The position numbers and the translations under genes are program-made. The notes below the pieces were generated by a model, which made no database searches, was not told the origin of the DNA, and worked only from the letters and a program-made list of their open reading frames with translations. A stretch of 61,152 nt of DNA, counting the filler, from Circinaria calcarea (Eukaryota): assembly GCA_051942165.1 (NCBI GenBank). It is 19 parts of 19 records of this genome, joined end to end, with 100 filler letters (N's around TTAATTAATTAA, not from the genome) between each part and the next. Parts side by side here need not be neighbours in the genome. Positions count along the whole stretch, not along the records: positions 1 to 3,137 come from JAVECS010003019.1; positions 3,238 to 6,373 come from JAVECS010003020.1; positions 6,474 to 9,607 come from JAVECS010003021.1; positions 9,708 to 12,841 come from JAVECS010003022.1; 15 more parts are not named here. The stretch is one strand, 5' to 3'. How positions within the stretch are numbered: the first letter of the stretch is position 1; each line of letters starts with the position of its first letter. Below are positions 1-12,617 of this stretch, piece by piece.

Positions 1-76
1 GTATAAAGTATAACACACAGCATAATATAACACGTATTATAATATAGCACGCAGTATAATATAACTCGCAGCATAA
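1..76. repeat. Degenerate ~17-bp tandem repeat in an AT-rich, RIP-like contig end
   Basis: About 4 units such as CATAATATAACACGTAT / TATAATATAGCACGCAG / TATAATATAACTCGCAG, differing mainly by C/T and G/A transitions. Confidence 0.6.
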
Positions 77-600
77 GCTTAGAATAAAAGTTAATACGTT
101 ACGCTGAATGTAGTAAATTTTTTTCCTATTCGAGCGAAAAACTAGGCTCAATTAAGCGAAGAACTAGGCCCGATAAAGCGATAAGCTAAATTTAATAAGG
201 TTATTTTTGCGGCCAGAGTGAGAACACCGCAAAATTTTGGTTCGGTTCGGAAAATCTTGCGCCGAAGTTAAACCCTTTCACTTCGTTTCACTTCGTTTCA
301 TTTCGTTTCAGGGCAAGGCAGGCAGGCAGCTAGCACTAACACTAACGTCCGCCAGCAGAAGCCAAGCCGCTTTATCCTACATATTTAACTATACCTTACC
401 GAACGCCAATTTGACTCGTAGATTACGGGTAATCTGCATTATCATCCGATGGGAAACAGCCGGGTTTAACTCTTTACCGAAAGTTGTTTGCGTAGTCGGG
501 AGTCGGCAAGAAGGGATCCCGAGTGCTAGCTGGTGGGGAAATGTTGCCAACCTCCGCGGGGAGCATAACTTCCCACCTTCCGTTCAAGGGGGCGGGATAG

Positions 601-1022
601 CAACCTTGGTACGCCAAGAATCTTGGCAGCGCTGCTTTATCTATACCTACGCCTTCTCGTCTATTATTTACCGTATACATAATAATTACCTTATAGGATG
701 TCGACGTCATTAGTAGAGGCTCCAAATCCTCCGTCGACTCAATTGCCTCGGGAACAACGACTACGAATCCGTACCCTTCGTGATGTCGTTACGAAATACG
801 GATTTACCTACCGAGCCATCCATAAGCCTGTACACACCCTCAGACGCCTTCCATAGAAGAGCTAGGGGAATCACGAGGTCCATAAGCTGCAAGAGGAAGC
901 TATGAAACACACCATGTGTCTATTTGTTTAGAGGCTTCCTTACTACATAGCTAAACTACATACGAGTATCTATATATATTTCGTAAAGCGGCATTGCCAA
1001 GACTCTTGGCGTATCAACGTTA
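601..1022. mobile_element. Decayed non-autonomous TIR element (~420 bp)
   Basis: 601-640 and the reverse complement of 983-1022 match at 32 of 40 positions, and 7 of the 8 mismatches are transitions. Both arms contain the palindrome GCCAAGA-N-TCTTGGC. No convincing coding sequence inside. Confidence 0.55.
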
Positions 1023-1261
1023 CTTATGCAGCAACCTCGCAAAGGGCGGTACGGGTCCTGAGGTTCGAGCCGCCCCCCTGTGCCTCGTACCCAGGATTAC
1101 GCTATAAAGCTGCGGATGTTGAGCATCTCATATTCCTGGGAGGGCTGCTCCATAGGCAGACGAAGGATATCTTCCTCAGCATTACTTATCGTTCCAGTTC
1201 CAGTTTCAACTCCAGCAGCAGTAACTCCTAGCTGGCCCTCGGTCCAGTCCGATTCTTTAAG

Positions 1262-2901
1262 ATGACTCCACCCGACAGACCGGCCGCCAATGGATTCGTG
1301 AGGCAAATCCGCAAAGTTTACCAGCCACTGGGCTTCTCACAGGGATACAATTTCGTCTTATGTATATGAACTTTTTTCGCCTTCCTCTCGCTCTCCCTCC
1401 CTTCTTGGATTGAAATGTATCAATGCTCATAAGTCCACCTAGTCTTCGTCTTTGCTGGTGCTTTGATGGGCTTCACCCTGGCCCGCTTCCCATACCTCAA
1501 CATCAATGGTGTCTTTTGTGCAAACGCATCCCCTAACAGTGCTGCGCCGGGAGAGTGTTATTGGTACATGACGAGGTAGGGCTTCCTTCCTCGGTGGATA
1601 ATGTTATTAGCTGAGACTGTACATAGCAATTTGTATTACGCTGGTATCATCCTACATCTTGGGGCCATTCTACGTAAGAATCTCCCCTTCATCTTCCATC
1701 TTTCTCAGCTGCGCCTGTTTCCAATATCGATAGCGAGATGAACTGCTGTGGGCGACTCTGGCACCGGCGGGCTTCTGATTCCTGGAGGTTCGCACAAGAA
1801 CATAGCACAGTCATCCGAGCGTCCAGCTTTCAGCCTGAGTTTCTCCCCACCTCGATCTTACATCGCTGACGCATCCATTCTTCTACAGCGGCCATGTTTC
1901 TCGTATGCTTTCAATTTGTTCCAGCCATTCGCTATAAGCTGCTCATCTTCCACCGCGTCAATGGATATGTCGTCATCGTTCTCTCGGTCGTCTCCAACGT
2001 GGGCGCTCTCATGATCGCGAGAAGGGCATTCGGCGGCTACCTATCGACTCAAGCGGGTGTTGGTCTTCTGGTCATCTTGACTACTTTTGGCCTCGTAGTA
2101 TATGTTTCCAGCCTTACCTTTGATCATATGCCACTAACAATTCAGGTAGAACGCATTGTACAACATCAAGCAGTTGCAGCTCGAACAGCATCGCGCATGG
2201 ATGCTCCGTACATGTACGTAGTCTCCTCGGCCTGGAACTCGTTCTCCGGCTTAGCTTCGAAAGGAGGCTGAATGGCTGACTCTAACCTAGTCTTCTACTT
2301 CGCCTCCATCATCACTCTCCGCCTCATCATGATCCTCTCCGCGCTCATCATTTCTCCCATGCGAGCTTACTACTCCGTCATGTCGTAAGCCACTTCCCAA
2401 CCAACCTTTCATTTCCCAAACCCCCGAAGATAACCTCCCTTCCCCCACAGTTGCGCTACCATCATCTTCATCATGGGCCAGGAACGCACCTACTCCGCCT
2501 ACCCCATCTGCATCCCCAGTAACGTCGACCCCGTCAACGTCCAAGTCCCCGTCGTCGCCGACTTCAACGGCAACGAGGCCGAAATTGGCGCCTCGCTGCA
2601 CGTCCCCTTCGGAATGGCGCTCTGGCTGGCGCTGGCCATGCATGCCATCGGCGTGGAGATCTATCTCCGCTTGACGCCCCGGGAACACGAGCGCCTGAGG
2701 CAGGTCAGCTACGAGAAGCAGTTGGAGGCGGGCATGAAGAATCCGGGGAGTTCAGGGTTGGTGGTACAGAAAATTGGAGATGCGAATCCGTGGGTAGCGA
2801 AATCGGGGAAGGACATTCCGTTAAAGGGGAGTGAGTTTGCTGTTCCGAAGAGGGAGGGACTATCTTCAGAACGAGAGAGCGTTCTGTCCCCGAGACGCTA
2901 A
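1262..2901 (+). CDS. DUF2306-family multi-pass membrane protein (7 exons)
   Basis: Spliced reading MTPPDRPAANGFVRQIRKVYQPLGFSQGYNFVL..APGECYWY..GIILHL..FQFVPAIRYKLLIFHRVNGY..YNIKQLQLEQHRAWMLR..FGMALWLALAMHAIGVEIYLRLTPREHERLR. GT-AG introns begin at about 1362, 1576, 1674, 2098, 2214 and 2385. Confidence 0.85.
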
Positions 2902-3137
2902 GGCGTGAGAACGAGGTCTGAGATTTACAAGAGTTTTTCCGAGAAAGGCAGTGGGCTGTTGTGGTGCCAGGTCTTGGGTCGGTGTCTAATTGATTCGTAA
3001 AGATAGACCATAGAATCCACAGACCTATTTTCCTTACCACGAGTTCCTGATGAAACAGCAGACGTAGTATGGTAAACGGGGGGCGGGGATTCCTTTTCGT
3101 CTTTTCCTTGGAAATTAATAAATTATACTGAAGAATG

Positions 3138-3237
3138 NNNNNNNNNNNNNNNNNNNNNNNNNNNNNNNNNNNNNNNNNNNNTTAATTAATTAANNNNNNN
3201 NNNNNNNNNNNNNNNNNNNNNNNNNNNNNNNNNNNNN
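3138..3237. other. Artificial contig-joining linker (first of 18 identical copies)
   Basis: 44 N + TTAATTAATTAA (stops in all six frames) + 44 N. Other copies start at 6374, 9608, 12842, 16075, 19306, 22537, 25767, 28992, 32217, 35440, 38662, 41880, 45097, 48313, 51528, 54741 and 57948. Intervening contig lengths never increase, falling from 3137 to 3105 bp. Confidence 0.99.
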
Positions 3238-3687
3238 ATATATAGCTTATATTAATTTAACTCGATTAATCCGTATTTTATAATTAAAATATATACGGTT
3301 GGTACTATTTGAGCACGGGTTAAGAGATAAATAAAGAAACACTCGTGGGCAGGAAAAGAAGAGAATGGCTTTAGTGCGGGGCATTAATTAAATAATTCAT
3401 CTACTTAATTAAGGTCTATCAGTTGACTTCATAATATAGTAATTAGAGATAGATCTTGAAGTTGGAATATAATACTGAATAAAGGGCGGTATAGCAGCAA
3501 GCAATAACGTGGAATCGTTAATACGACCGCTAGTAAGAAGGTTCATACTTCACGAGCTCCCAAACAGTCGGAGTAGTTCAGGCCGTGCCAGCAAGAACCA
3601 GAAGCCAAACACCAAAGAAAGCAGAAGTAGCGGGAGCCGAAAGGGTAGAGAAAGGTACAGAGCATGTACAGCTTGTGTATAGTGCAA

Positions 3688-4728
3688 TCAAACGCCTAGA
3701 GCTATCGCCTCTTGTTCGGTCTTTACTATTAAAGTTCGGATCTCTTCGCGGACCTTTGGAAGCTCCCGCTCAATGTGTTGATCCAGGAGGATTTGCAGAT
3801 AAGATCGAAGGGCGACGATCCCAACTCGGTCCATGCTCAGGGCCTGCTCCTTCCATGGAGAGTACTGGAAGTATTGAATTTCGCTCTTCTGTCTTTGTTC
3901 TGGCGAAATTCCGTTGGCCAACTCCGTCGGTGTCGGGTTCTTCACCAGGAAGTATCCCAGTTTCAGCTTCGTGGTATCTTGATTTTTACGTTTCTCTGTG
4001 CCCTCGTTGATGAGGTCAGGCTTCGTAATGATTCCTACTGTTCTCTGGCCTGCTTTATCAACACGCCGGGATTTCTGGATAATGCCCTGATGGGCAATGT
4101 CGTTATTAGCCTGAACTACGGCGAGAATAATCGTTCTTGGATTCGTGACGTAGGAGTCAACTAAACTCTGGACCATTTGAACGTCGTTCTCTATTTATTC
4201 TTCATTTGCGACCGATATCAGTCCCGGTAAGTCCACGACGGTCAAGTGCAGACCCACAGGGCCAAAAACTTCGATCCGAAGAACATCTTCAGCAAACGCA
4301 GGGCCCTCCTTGATATCTCCGAATCCTTTAACACCCATCAATGAGCCGGCTTCTGCAACGGCAATAGGGAGTTCCTCAAAACCGGCAAGCTGCCGCCTGT
4401 ATGCTCGAAAGGAGGTTTTGGATGAATCTGAACGAGATAAACGTGGTAGAACGGTGGCAACGATGGTCCGTTCACCAGCCGAATGCTGAAGAATAATTTC
4501 TGTCGCAAACTTCGTGCAGACACCATCTTGACGAGGAAACGGGAGACCCGTAAGACCTTCTAGCACCGAACTCTTGCCGGCAGACTGATCGCCACACACA
4601 ACCAATTGTGGAAGGTCGACGTGGTCACCAATGCCGCGGGCTCTCAGGCCGGCGATTTGTTCGAGGCGAAGAGTTGATTTAGACGAGTGAAGTCCGGAGA
4701 GCCCACCATCAATGTTTTCTTCCCTCAA
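3688..4728 (-). pseudogene. Dynamin-like (Mx-type) GTPase pseudogene
   Basis: Motifs LPQLVVCGDQSAGKSSVLE (G1), CTKFATE, VVDLPG (G3) and TKPD (G4). The two ORFs (4195-4728 and 3688-4176) are in the same frame, separated by an in-frame TAA at 4195-4197 (probably CAA>TAA). The frame ends at TGA 3688 without the rest of the stalk or GED. Flanks are AT-rich and RIP-like. Confidence 0.85.
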
Positions 4729-5746
4729 AAGAGCTCAAGCGTGCGCAGTTGTGAGTCGTAGGCTAGATGAGATTTGATGCGGCAGACGTTGACCGTATAT
4801 ATTAATGACGGCTGTAATTTGTTGGAAGTAGGGTCTAGAGTCACCTAATGGAGCATCTAAACGTAGGTGAAAAAGTTGATTGAATAACTAACAGTGGAGT
4901 GGGTGCAACTATGAGGTGGCTCCCGACACCTACAGTGGCTGGGACCAAGGCTGACTAAGCACCTGGATCTCAACACTCCCCTTCAGCCTTGTGTGCTACC
5001 AGACCGTGCTCCAGTTTCCAAGCAAAGCTAATTAATAATGCCTGGCCTCGTCGCAGTATCCGAAGCGCGATATGAGGCCCTTTAGGATAGGGATACTTTT
5101 TGGTTTAATAATATTCTGATCGATCGAACACGCTAGATGAGGGTCTTTCTTCTTAGAAAGGCATATATCACTGGATATTATCGTGTGTGAGTGTATGCTT
5201 TCATTATTATCGTGGTAAACGCTTTTTATCGAGGAACATAATGGAGACCGGGAGCGTAGGTAGAGGGAGAACAGCGTACCTTTATCTTATAATCGAGGTT
5301 TATATTCATTAGAAATAATTCCTGGCCAGTTTCTCAACCCTCTAAGCGGATGGTCATGCAGCTCTCTCTCCTGAGAACCTTTGCTGGGGTCGAAGGACAC
5401 AATAGGAGATGCAAAGATTTCACACTGATATTAAATAAAGGGCGAGGTGCGTCTTACAGACTAGAACGACACGAAAGATGCGGGCAGCGAGGAGATAACC
5501 CGGAATACTAGATTCATAAAAGTATTCGCTGGCAACTTAAAAATCGAGGGATTATGATCATTATATTATTATCACGACAAATCTTAATACTTATCTTTCT
5601 ATAAAAACGCTTCGCCGGCTAAGATAGATTACCTTAAGGCCCGTAATTTAAAATATAATTATATTAAACCGGAAGAATTAATTAGTCGGTTTTATAAATT
5701 AAAATTATTTAATAATTTCATATTTCGTAAATATTATCATTGATGG

Positions 5747-6094
5747 ATGCAGTGGGATAAGTCATTAATAGAGGAAGATCCCTATATACGGCAACCACCC
5801 GATGCGGACTGGTTCTTTGACCAAATATATAGTATAGGGGATATGAGGAGGCAATTGGGAAATCGTTTAACTGAGAATTATCGAAAGAAAGCGCAAGATT
5901 ATTAGAATAGAGTGTGTGATATAGAGTTAATACCTTTACCCGATTTATATTTATTAAAAAACATGGGCTGTAGTCCTTCTGGTACGTTTTTCCCTCGTTA
6001 TTTAATTAAAGGACTTTACGAACTGCGTGAGCGTGCGAACGAGAAAGGGGAAAAATATTATAATAAAAAATACGAAAAATTAAAAATTAAATGA
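5747..6094 (+). pseudogene. RIP-degraded coding relic of unknown family
   Basis: One frame MQWDKSLIEEDPYIRQPPDADWFFDQIY..QDY*NRVCDIEL..KYEKLKIK* with an internal TAG at 5903-5905, grading into extremely AT-rich sequence to 6373. Confidence 0.45.
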
Positions 6095-9000
6095 AAAAAT
6101 ACGATTTATCGCTGATAGAATAAGAATCTAGATTTAATATTAATAAATAACCTACTTTCGGTTTATAGAATTTAATTATTAAATTTAATAAATAAATTAA
6201 ACGCACTAGACCGGGAGGTTATTTAATACGGAAATAAATATTATATAATTAATTTATAAAAAATAAAGAATAAGATATAAACGCTAATAGATTTCTAGAA
6301 AAATTATAAATTTATTATTAAAGAAAAAATACCGTTATTATTTTAATAACCGGACCCTAAGGCCAAGCTATACNNNNNNNNNNNNNNNNNNNNNNNNNNN
6401 NNNNNNNNNNNNNNNNNTTAATTAATTAANNNNNNNNNNNNNNNNNNNNNNNNNNNNNNNNNNNNNNNNNNNNGGGGGAGAGTGGGAGGGAAGAGGGGAA
6501 GCGAGGATTTGGACAATTTTGATATCATCCCCAAACTCCAAGTTCCCCCCGAGAGCCCGAGAGGCGAACTTCATGTGCGTCACGTTTTGCAGGTTGTGAT
6601 GCCTGCCCCCTTTCCTGGGTACTCGGGGCCTTGAGGGTTACACTCACTTGCTTCCGCCTCCTCAAATTCCAATTCCCTCAATTGACACCCAAAACCTGTT
6701 CAGAGAGGGGGGGTGGTGGGGGAATAGAAATAAGAAAATACGGAGAGGTGGGACTGGCCGATTGGGTCGAATTTGCGGGGTACCATACGCGGGGCGGAGT
6801 GGAGGCACCGTAATATTTTTTTATTTTCTCTATTTTTTTTTCAGTTCAGAAGGGGAATTGGGGAATTGAGGGAATGGATGGAAGGAAGCTATTCTACGTA
6901 GGACTAGGGCGGAGCTGCAAAATGTAAGCGCTCGTGAGACACCTATTTCTAAGGAGTGCTTGGGGGGCGGCCCGTGATGCGGTTTTTTATAGGTAGGGAA
7001 GAGGGGGGGGGGAAGCAGAGATTTCCCAACTTTCCTACCCACTGATACTTCCTCACGCGCATACGCCCAAGAATAGAAATAGTCAGGATGTTGGGGGGAG
7101 GTCCCACTGTTTATCTCTTGAAGTTCCCCCCACCCGTTGGTTGCCCTACCGTTGGTTGCCCTACCGAGAATGCCGGGCTCGCGACTTCCCATCTTCTTCT
7201 ATTAAAGAACAGTGACTGCGCCTTTTTTTTTTTTTTTTTTTTGGATGATGGGCATCTCGAAGTTTGGGGTTGGAAGGGTGGGATAAAGGGGAGATGCGCG
7301 CAGAGGATGTCTTTTTGGGGAGGAGGTAGGGGGGTGCGAGCGATTTGGAATCTTCCAAGTCCGTACGCACCAACAGTATGGGAATTTGGAATATGGGGAA
7401 TCTTCACAGCAAGCGAGAACGAAAGCAGGGGATTCGGCAGATTTTGGAAATCGAAATCGGGAATTCTACCGTAATGCCCATTTTCCCCTCTGCATGGCCC
7501 ACGTACCAAACACACTGGGAGGGATTCGAAAAGTATCAAATTTGTAGCTATATAGATGACGCAGTAATCTTCCAAGGGGACTGAACAGATTTTTCCCAAA
7601 TGCCTCCTAAAAATCCCCCCCCCCCCGGTTGTGTCCGTCCGCTCGATCTTCCCGAAATTAAGAAATAGCCCGAGGTTGGGGGGGGGGATTCCAAATCTCT
7701 CCCAACCATCATCATTCTTGCTTCCCTATTCCCAGCCACCAACTCTACGTTTCCTGGAACGACGAACCCCTCCAAACAAGATCTATGTCGAAGTACCACC
7801 CCGCAGTGCTAACACGGCTACGGGTACTTTTTTCCTGTTTCTTCTCTTCCGTATGGATGGTAAAGTATTCAGTGTGATCGAAATCGAACAACTCACTGCC
7901 CCTCTGAGCAAACGAGCTGGCTGTTCTAGCATATCGTTCACGTTTCTCTTCCTCTTCTCACCTCTCCTCTCCATTCCTCCTCTCCTCTCCTCTCCTTTCC
8001 TCCCCCGTACCCCCCTTCCTCCTTCATCATCCCACCTCCCCCACATCCCCATCCCCATTCCCACCTCAACTACCGAACCCATCACCTCGGCTTCAAGCGC
8101 AGGCAAAAACCATAAACCGGTCAGGCCAAGGCAGCGGAAGAACCGGGGTCGAGACGCTGGGTAGGCACATTTGTAGAGCAGTTGGGAGGAAAAAAGGGAA
8201 AAAAGGGCTGGGATACGACGGGGACCTCGGGTTGTGAGGGAATAGAAAGCGGAGAGAGTGGGAAAGAAATGCAAAAAAAAGTAAAATGCGGGGTTGGAAA
8301 AATTAGGGGAAATGGTATAAATGGGATGAGGATCCCGCGGAGTCGAGATTCTTGGGAACGGGTTTCCCACCGGACTTGCGATTGTCAGATTCTTATTTCG
8401 GCCAAAAACCAATTATATGCAGGTGGTCAAAGAGCATACGGGTAACGGATACGTTGAGGCTAATCTAAGCAGCCGATTCTCCAAAGGGCAGGGACAAAAC
8501 CTGAACGGGTTTAGTTAGATGGTAATATAATAGATAACAAGACTCGGGCATGAGCACCTATTCTCTGGAGTGGGTATGGGAGAGTAGGAACCGCTGGAGT
8601 ATATGTACGTAGACAGTAATATTCGTCATGCACGCAGAGCGCTCTGTCTATAAACACTGCGAAAGACTGGGGAGTTTGGGGGGTATAGACGCACAGTGGC
8701 GCCCTACAAGATTCAAGCCGGAGGAGCCTACACAGTGTCAGGGTGACCTTGGAAACATAGAAGCAGCATTGATAAACACAAGGAGCCGTGCCATACATCA
8801 CCCCATCACAAGCATCCTATTAGTGACTGAATCATCAGGATAGCTTTTTTGTAAGTTAGGGGTACGTCGCTCAAAACCTATCTCGACTTCCAAACAATCA
8901 GCAAATGTCTTGTACATATGTCATGTGAGCAGGAGGTGATTCTAATGAGGCATCATGAAAAAATTAGAGTGTTTAGTTGTTGCTTTTTTTGGTTCTTCAG

Positions 9001-9260
9001 TGAACATCAGGGTTAAAAAAGATTAATCTTATGCCGGGATGTGGTAATGATAATGACAGACGTCGGTAGCACTTACTTAGCTGAGGTAGATTTCGCTGAA
9101 CAAGGATATAAGAGAGTAGCGGCCTTGATCTAGATTAATGCGCACGTCAAGGAGCATGAAATGAATGGCAAGAAGGCTATCATCTTTCTATTTGCTTGTT
9201 TGCAAGTCATGCATGAGTCATCACTATGGTAGTTAAAATCACTGTAGTAGTGATACTCCT

Positions 9261-9607
9261 CTAATCGAACAAGCCACCGAAACCTAAATAACAATATCAG
9301 CTGAAAAATCTTTTCAAGAGGTAATAGAAGAGTTAAACTGACCTTCATCACCACTCTCCTCGGCCTCAGATTCTTCCTTTGCTGCTGGAGCCGCTTCTTC
9401 CGGTTTATCTTCAGTTTCAGTTGTCGCGGCAGGACCTGCAGAGGCATATGCATCTGGATTGGCAACACGATCCTTGAGTTCCTCAATCGCAGGCCAGCTG
9501 TAGTCTGTTTCGATGGCGACCGCCAACACATTCTTGTAGCCATTGATGAGCGTATGTATGATGGAAGGCAAGGTTGGGTAATTGGCTGCAAGAGAAATTG
9601 TGGTGAT
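9261..9607 (-). CDS. RPP0: 60S acidic ribosomal protein P0, 3' part (5' truncated by contig end)
   Basis: ITTISLAANYPTLPSIIHTLINGYKNVLAVAIETDYSW..ANPDAYA..EESEAEESGDEG|FGGLFD*. Intron 9284-9342. Canonical acidic P-protein C-terminus. Confidence 0.95.
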
Positions 9608-11634
9608 NNNNNNNNNNNNNNNNNNNNNNNNNNNNNNNNNNNNNNNNNNNNTTAATTAATTAANNNNNNNNNNNNNNNNNNNNNNNNNNNNNNNNNNNNN
9701 NNNNNNNGTCATCTTCTCACAACCTTCGGGCCGTTTGTATGGCTTGGCCGGAGCTGGGGGCATTCTCTACTGCTGTCAGCATCTCCGATGGGCTAGGAGG
9801 GAAGCCAAGTTTGGAATCACCTTCAAAGAGGATATTTCCGGAGGACAAGAGCAAGTGATATCCCTAAGAGAAAGAAAAAAAGAAAAGAAAAACCCCAAAT
9901 GGACCCGAAGATAACCGGACATCCAAGCAAGAGATGAAGAGGGGACGTCTCATATATAAAGTGTTCTGTGCTCCAGCTATGGAGGATATGGATGAAGGAT
10001 ATAGCGAATGGGAATAGCAAAAGGAAATAACGGAAGGAAACAACGAAAGAAATAATAAAAAGATATTCCAAGAATAAGCTCTGGTTCACTATGGGTTAAC
10101 CAAAATCGATATCAAGCCAAATTTGTGGGCTGAGATGACAGTCAATCAGGAGATAGCACAGTCATACAAACCTGCTCTCCTGGAATTCATAAGGGAATGG
10201 CTTGACCCACGGATCTGTTCTTACCCTTACCATATACCAGGCGTACCGTGCCTAAGAAGGGGGATCCTGAGAGTAATAAGCATTCTAGACGAGGGTCTGA
10301 CAGCAGCGTCTATCGTCTTTAACGCTATAAAGCGATACAACTACACCACCTTAGTCTGTCCGAGCAGCGGGGAGCATCTGTTGGACTGTTCAGAATCGCG
10401 CGTAGCGATGGGTGTCTCTGTGTCAGCTGGTCTAACTTTCCCGGTCTCACCTTTGCTACAGGACACCGTGAAGGCTGATTGGCCGTGGAGGCTTGGCAGG
10501 AGAACTCGGGACTCGTACCTACGACTCTGGACTCCTTCTAGGCGGGATGCACGCCTAGAGTATCTACCCATGGCTAGATGTCGGCACAACAACCGTAGGC
10601 TTAGAAGAGGTTGGCAATGCCTCGGTACCGACGAGAGGTCTATCTCCGGAGAGAAGATGATCTCGGTGCAATAACTGTCCTCATCTCTCTCCGATTGAAG
10701 ATAATATTGGCGGCCCGGGCACTTCCAGATATAAGACTCCAAATTGCTGGGCCGCCATTGTGCCGTTGCCGCAAGTAATGTCTTGTGTAAAGAGGAGAAC
10801 TTGAGGAGGCTTCATGATGCTAGAGCAGGCACGCTCTGACCCTTAATGTCTTCTAGGAAGGTGCGCGCCTGAGGTTCGATAAGCCTCCTGAAGCAATTTC
10901 CCCGTGGTTAGGTATAAGACCACCCTGTGCAGGACATCTAGTCAATACGTTCTGCCCGATAGCTGAGTGTAGCGCGATGAGCAAAGCTGCTCCGTCGCAC
11001 TGGGCTCTGGCCACTCTGGATGTCGAGCGACCAATCAAGCTCTTCTCCCGTACTGGTAACGGACAGCTGCTCCAGGTCCTTACCGGTCTCCAAGCACTAC
11101 CTTCCAATCGACTGTATCAAGAGCCGATGCTGTGTGATACACTGTGCTGTCCATCGGTGTATCGCACAATGTTATCAACCTTTGTCAACTAGCCCTGATA
11201 TTATACAGTGTCTTCCTCGAGCTACCCTGAAAGGTCCGCATTTTGAAGGATGTGTTGTGGAGAGAAGGTACAGCTGTTTGTGCGTTGGCTCGGGAGTTCT
11301 CCATGCAATATCGTTTGCAAGGCACTGCAGAAGGCGTGAGGTTGATGGGAGGTGTGCTGGATCGAATGAGGCAATGGTCAAGATCGATAGGAGGTATTCA
11401 AGTCGACCGACATCTCTCATATATATGACGCAGAATGCTACTATATCTCCAGAACAAGTATCGTCAGCAGAGTTCTGTTGGATGCTGGTGTAGGTGTTGT
11501 TGGGGAAGGGGTGAATGGTGACGGTCAGTAGCCTGTCAACCGTTGTCTCTCATATACACAATGCAGCGAAGATTACTGTGTCTCGGCTACAGGTACCGTC
11601 AAGTAGCCACTCTGTTGGATGACAGTGGATGTGT

Positions 11635-11705
11635 TGTGGTGGAGGGGGATGGTGAAGGCCAGCAGCCTTGTGGTGGAAGGGGAGAATGGTGAAGGCCAGC
11701 AGCCT
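11635..11705. repeat. Two-copy ~35-bp direct tandem repeat
   Basis: TGTGGTGGAGGGGGATGGTGAAGGCCAGCAGCCT followed by TGTGGTGGAAGGGGAGAATGGTGAAGGCCAGCAGCCT. Confidence 0.8.
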
Positions 11706-12220
11706 ATCGACCGTCGTCCCTCATCTATACAACACAGCGAAGGCCACTATGACTCCGCTGTTAGGTATCTTCAGCAGTGACTCCTACCAGGTTCGATGTG
11801 CTCAGCCAGCAACTGTCCAGAGAGGAGGACGTACCCAGTGTTGGTCATTTACCGAAGCCGATCGAAACCCATGGTCGATTTGGCTTGGTGTGACTGGTCT
11901 GGGTTGAGACAAGTACTGAGTATGTCAGCTATAGATGGAGGATGACCATTGCAAGACGGAGGATGATGGTACAAGATGGGGTCGAGGTATTTATGGTTGG
12001 GGATGATGATGATGGTGAAGCAATGGGTAATGCATGTGGCGTTGGATGATGTGTGAAGCCGAGGACTGTGAGTAAACCCTGTCCCTTGAATATGGCGGGA
12101 ATCCTCAGGCGAGGGCTTTCAAGCACGAATGGACGGTGCCGAGCTGATGCTGGATACGGCATATGATTCAGAGGGAACAGCACTATAAACGAGTCTAGTC
12201 CTCGAAGCTGCACCGGTAAG

Positions 12221-12617
12221 AAGCAAAAATATAAACACAAGTTCAAACTGCCTGCCTGCTCCGCGGATCGAACTCGCCTACCCGTTTCCCAAAAGTCCAA
12301 AAAGATGTGTAGTAATGGGCAGCAGAAGGATCGAACCCAACCCACTTAACCAAGTCATGGAATCAGGCTCTCAGCAATATCACACCACCGAGAGAATGGG
12401 CTCCTATAATGATATATGTCCTTGGATAAGGGGCTCGTACACGGGCGACTCCGAGACCATACACGTATCATTGTGTCTTCATGGACTACGCTTCTACCAT
12501 ATGCTACCCATGGCCCAAAGCGTTGGTATTGGATTATGGATAATTGTTAGGTCATCTGCTACCGTAAAAGCAAAAATAGAGAAACCTAGCCAACCCTCAG
12601 TTTCCTGACTCGAACCC
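12221..12617 (-). promoter_or_regulatory. Three Pol III B-box-like motifs, each followed by a T-run (tRNA/SINE-derived?)
   Basis: Minus-strand GAGTTCGATCC (12265-12275), GGGTTCGATCC (12328-12338) and GGGTTCGAGTC (12607-12617), each with TTTTT about 25-35 nt downstream. No complete cloverleaf. Confidence 0.4.

Noticed and set aside
6474..8450. Many overlapping 60-209-aa ORFs
   Set aside because: Homopolymer-rich low-complexity intergenic DNA with no recognisable motifs or consistent splice structure.
10100..11500. Protein-coding gene in contig 4
   Set aside because: Short ORFs occur on both strands with stops in all frames. A decayed gene is possible, but I could not assemble a consistent frame or motif.
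12316..12395. Functional tRNA gene on the minus strand
   Set aside because: A T-loop motif is present, but no acceptor stem or anticodon arm can be formed. Kept only as a B-box-like relic.
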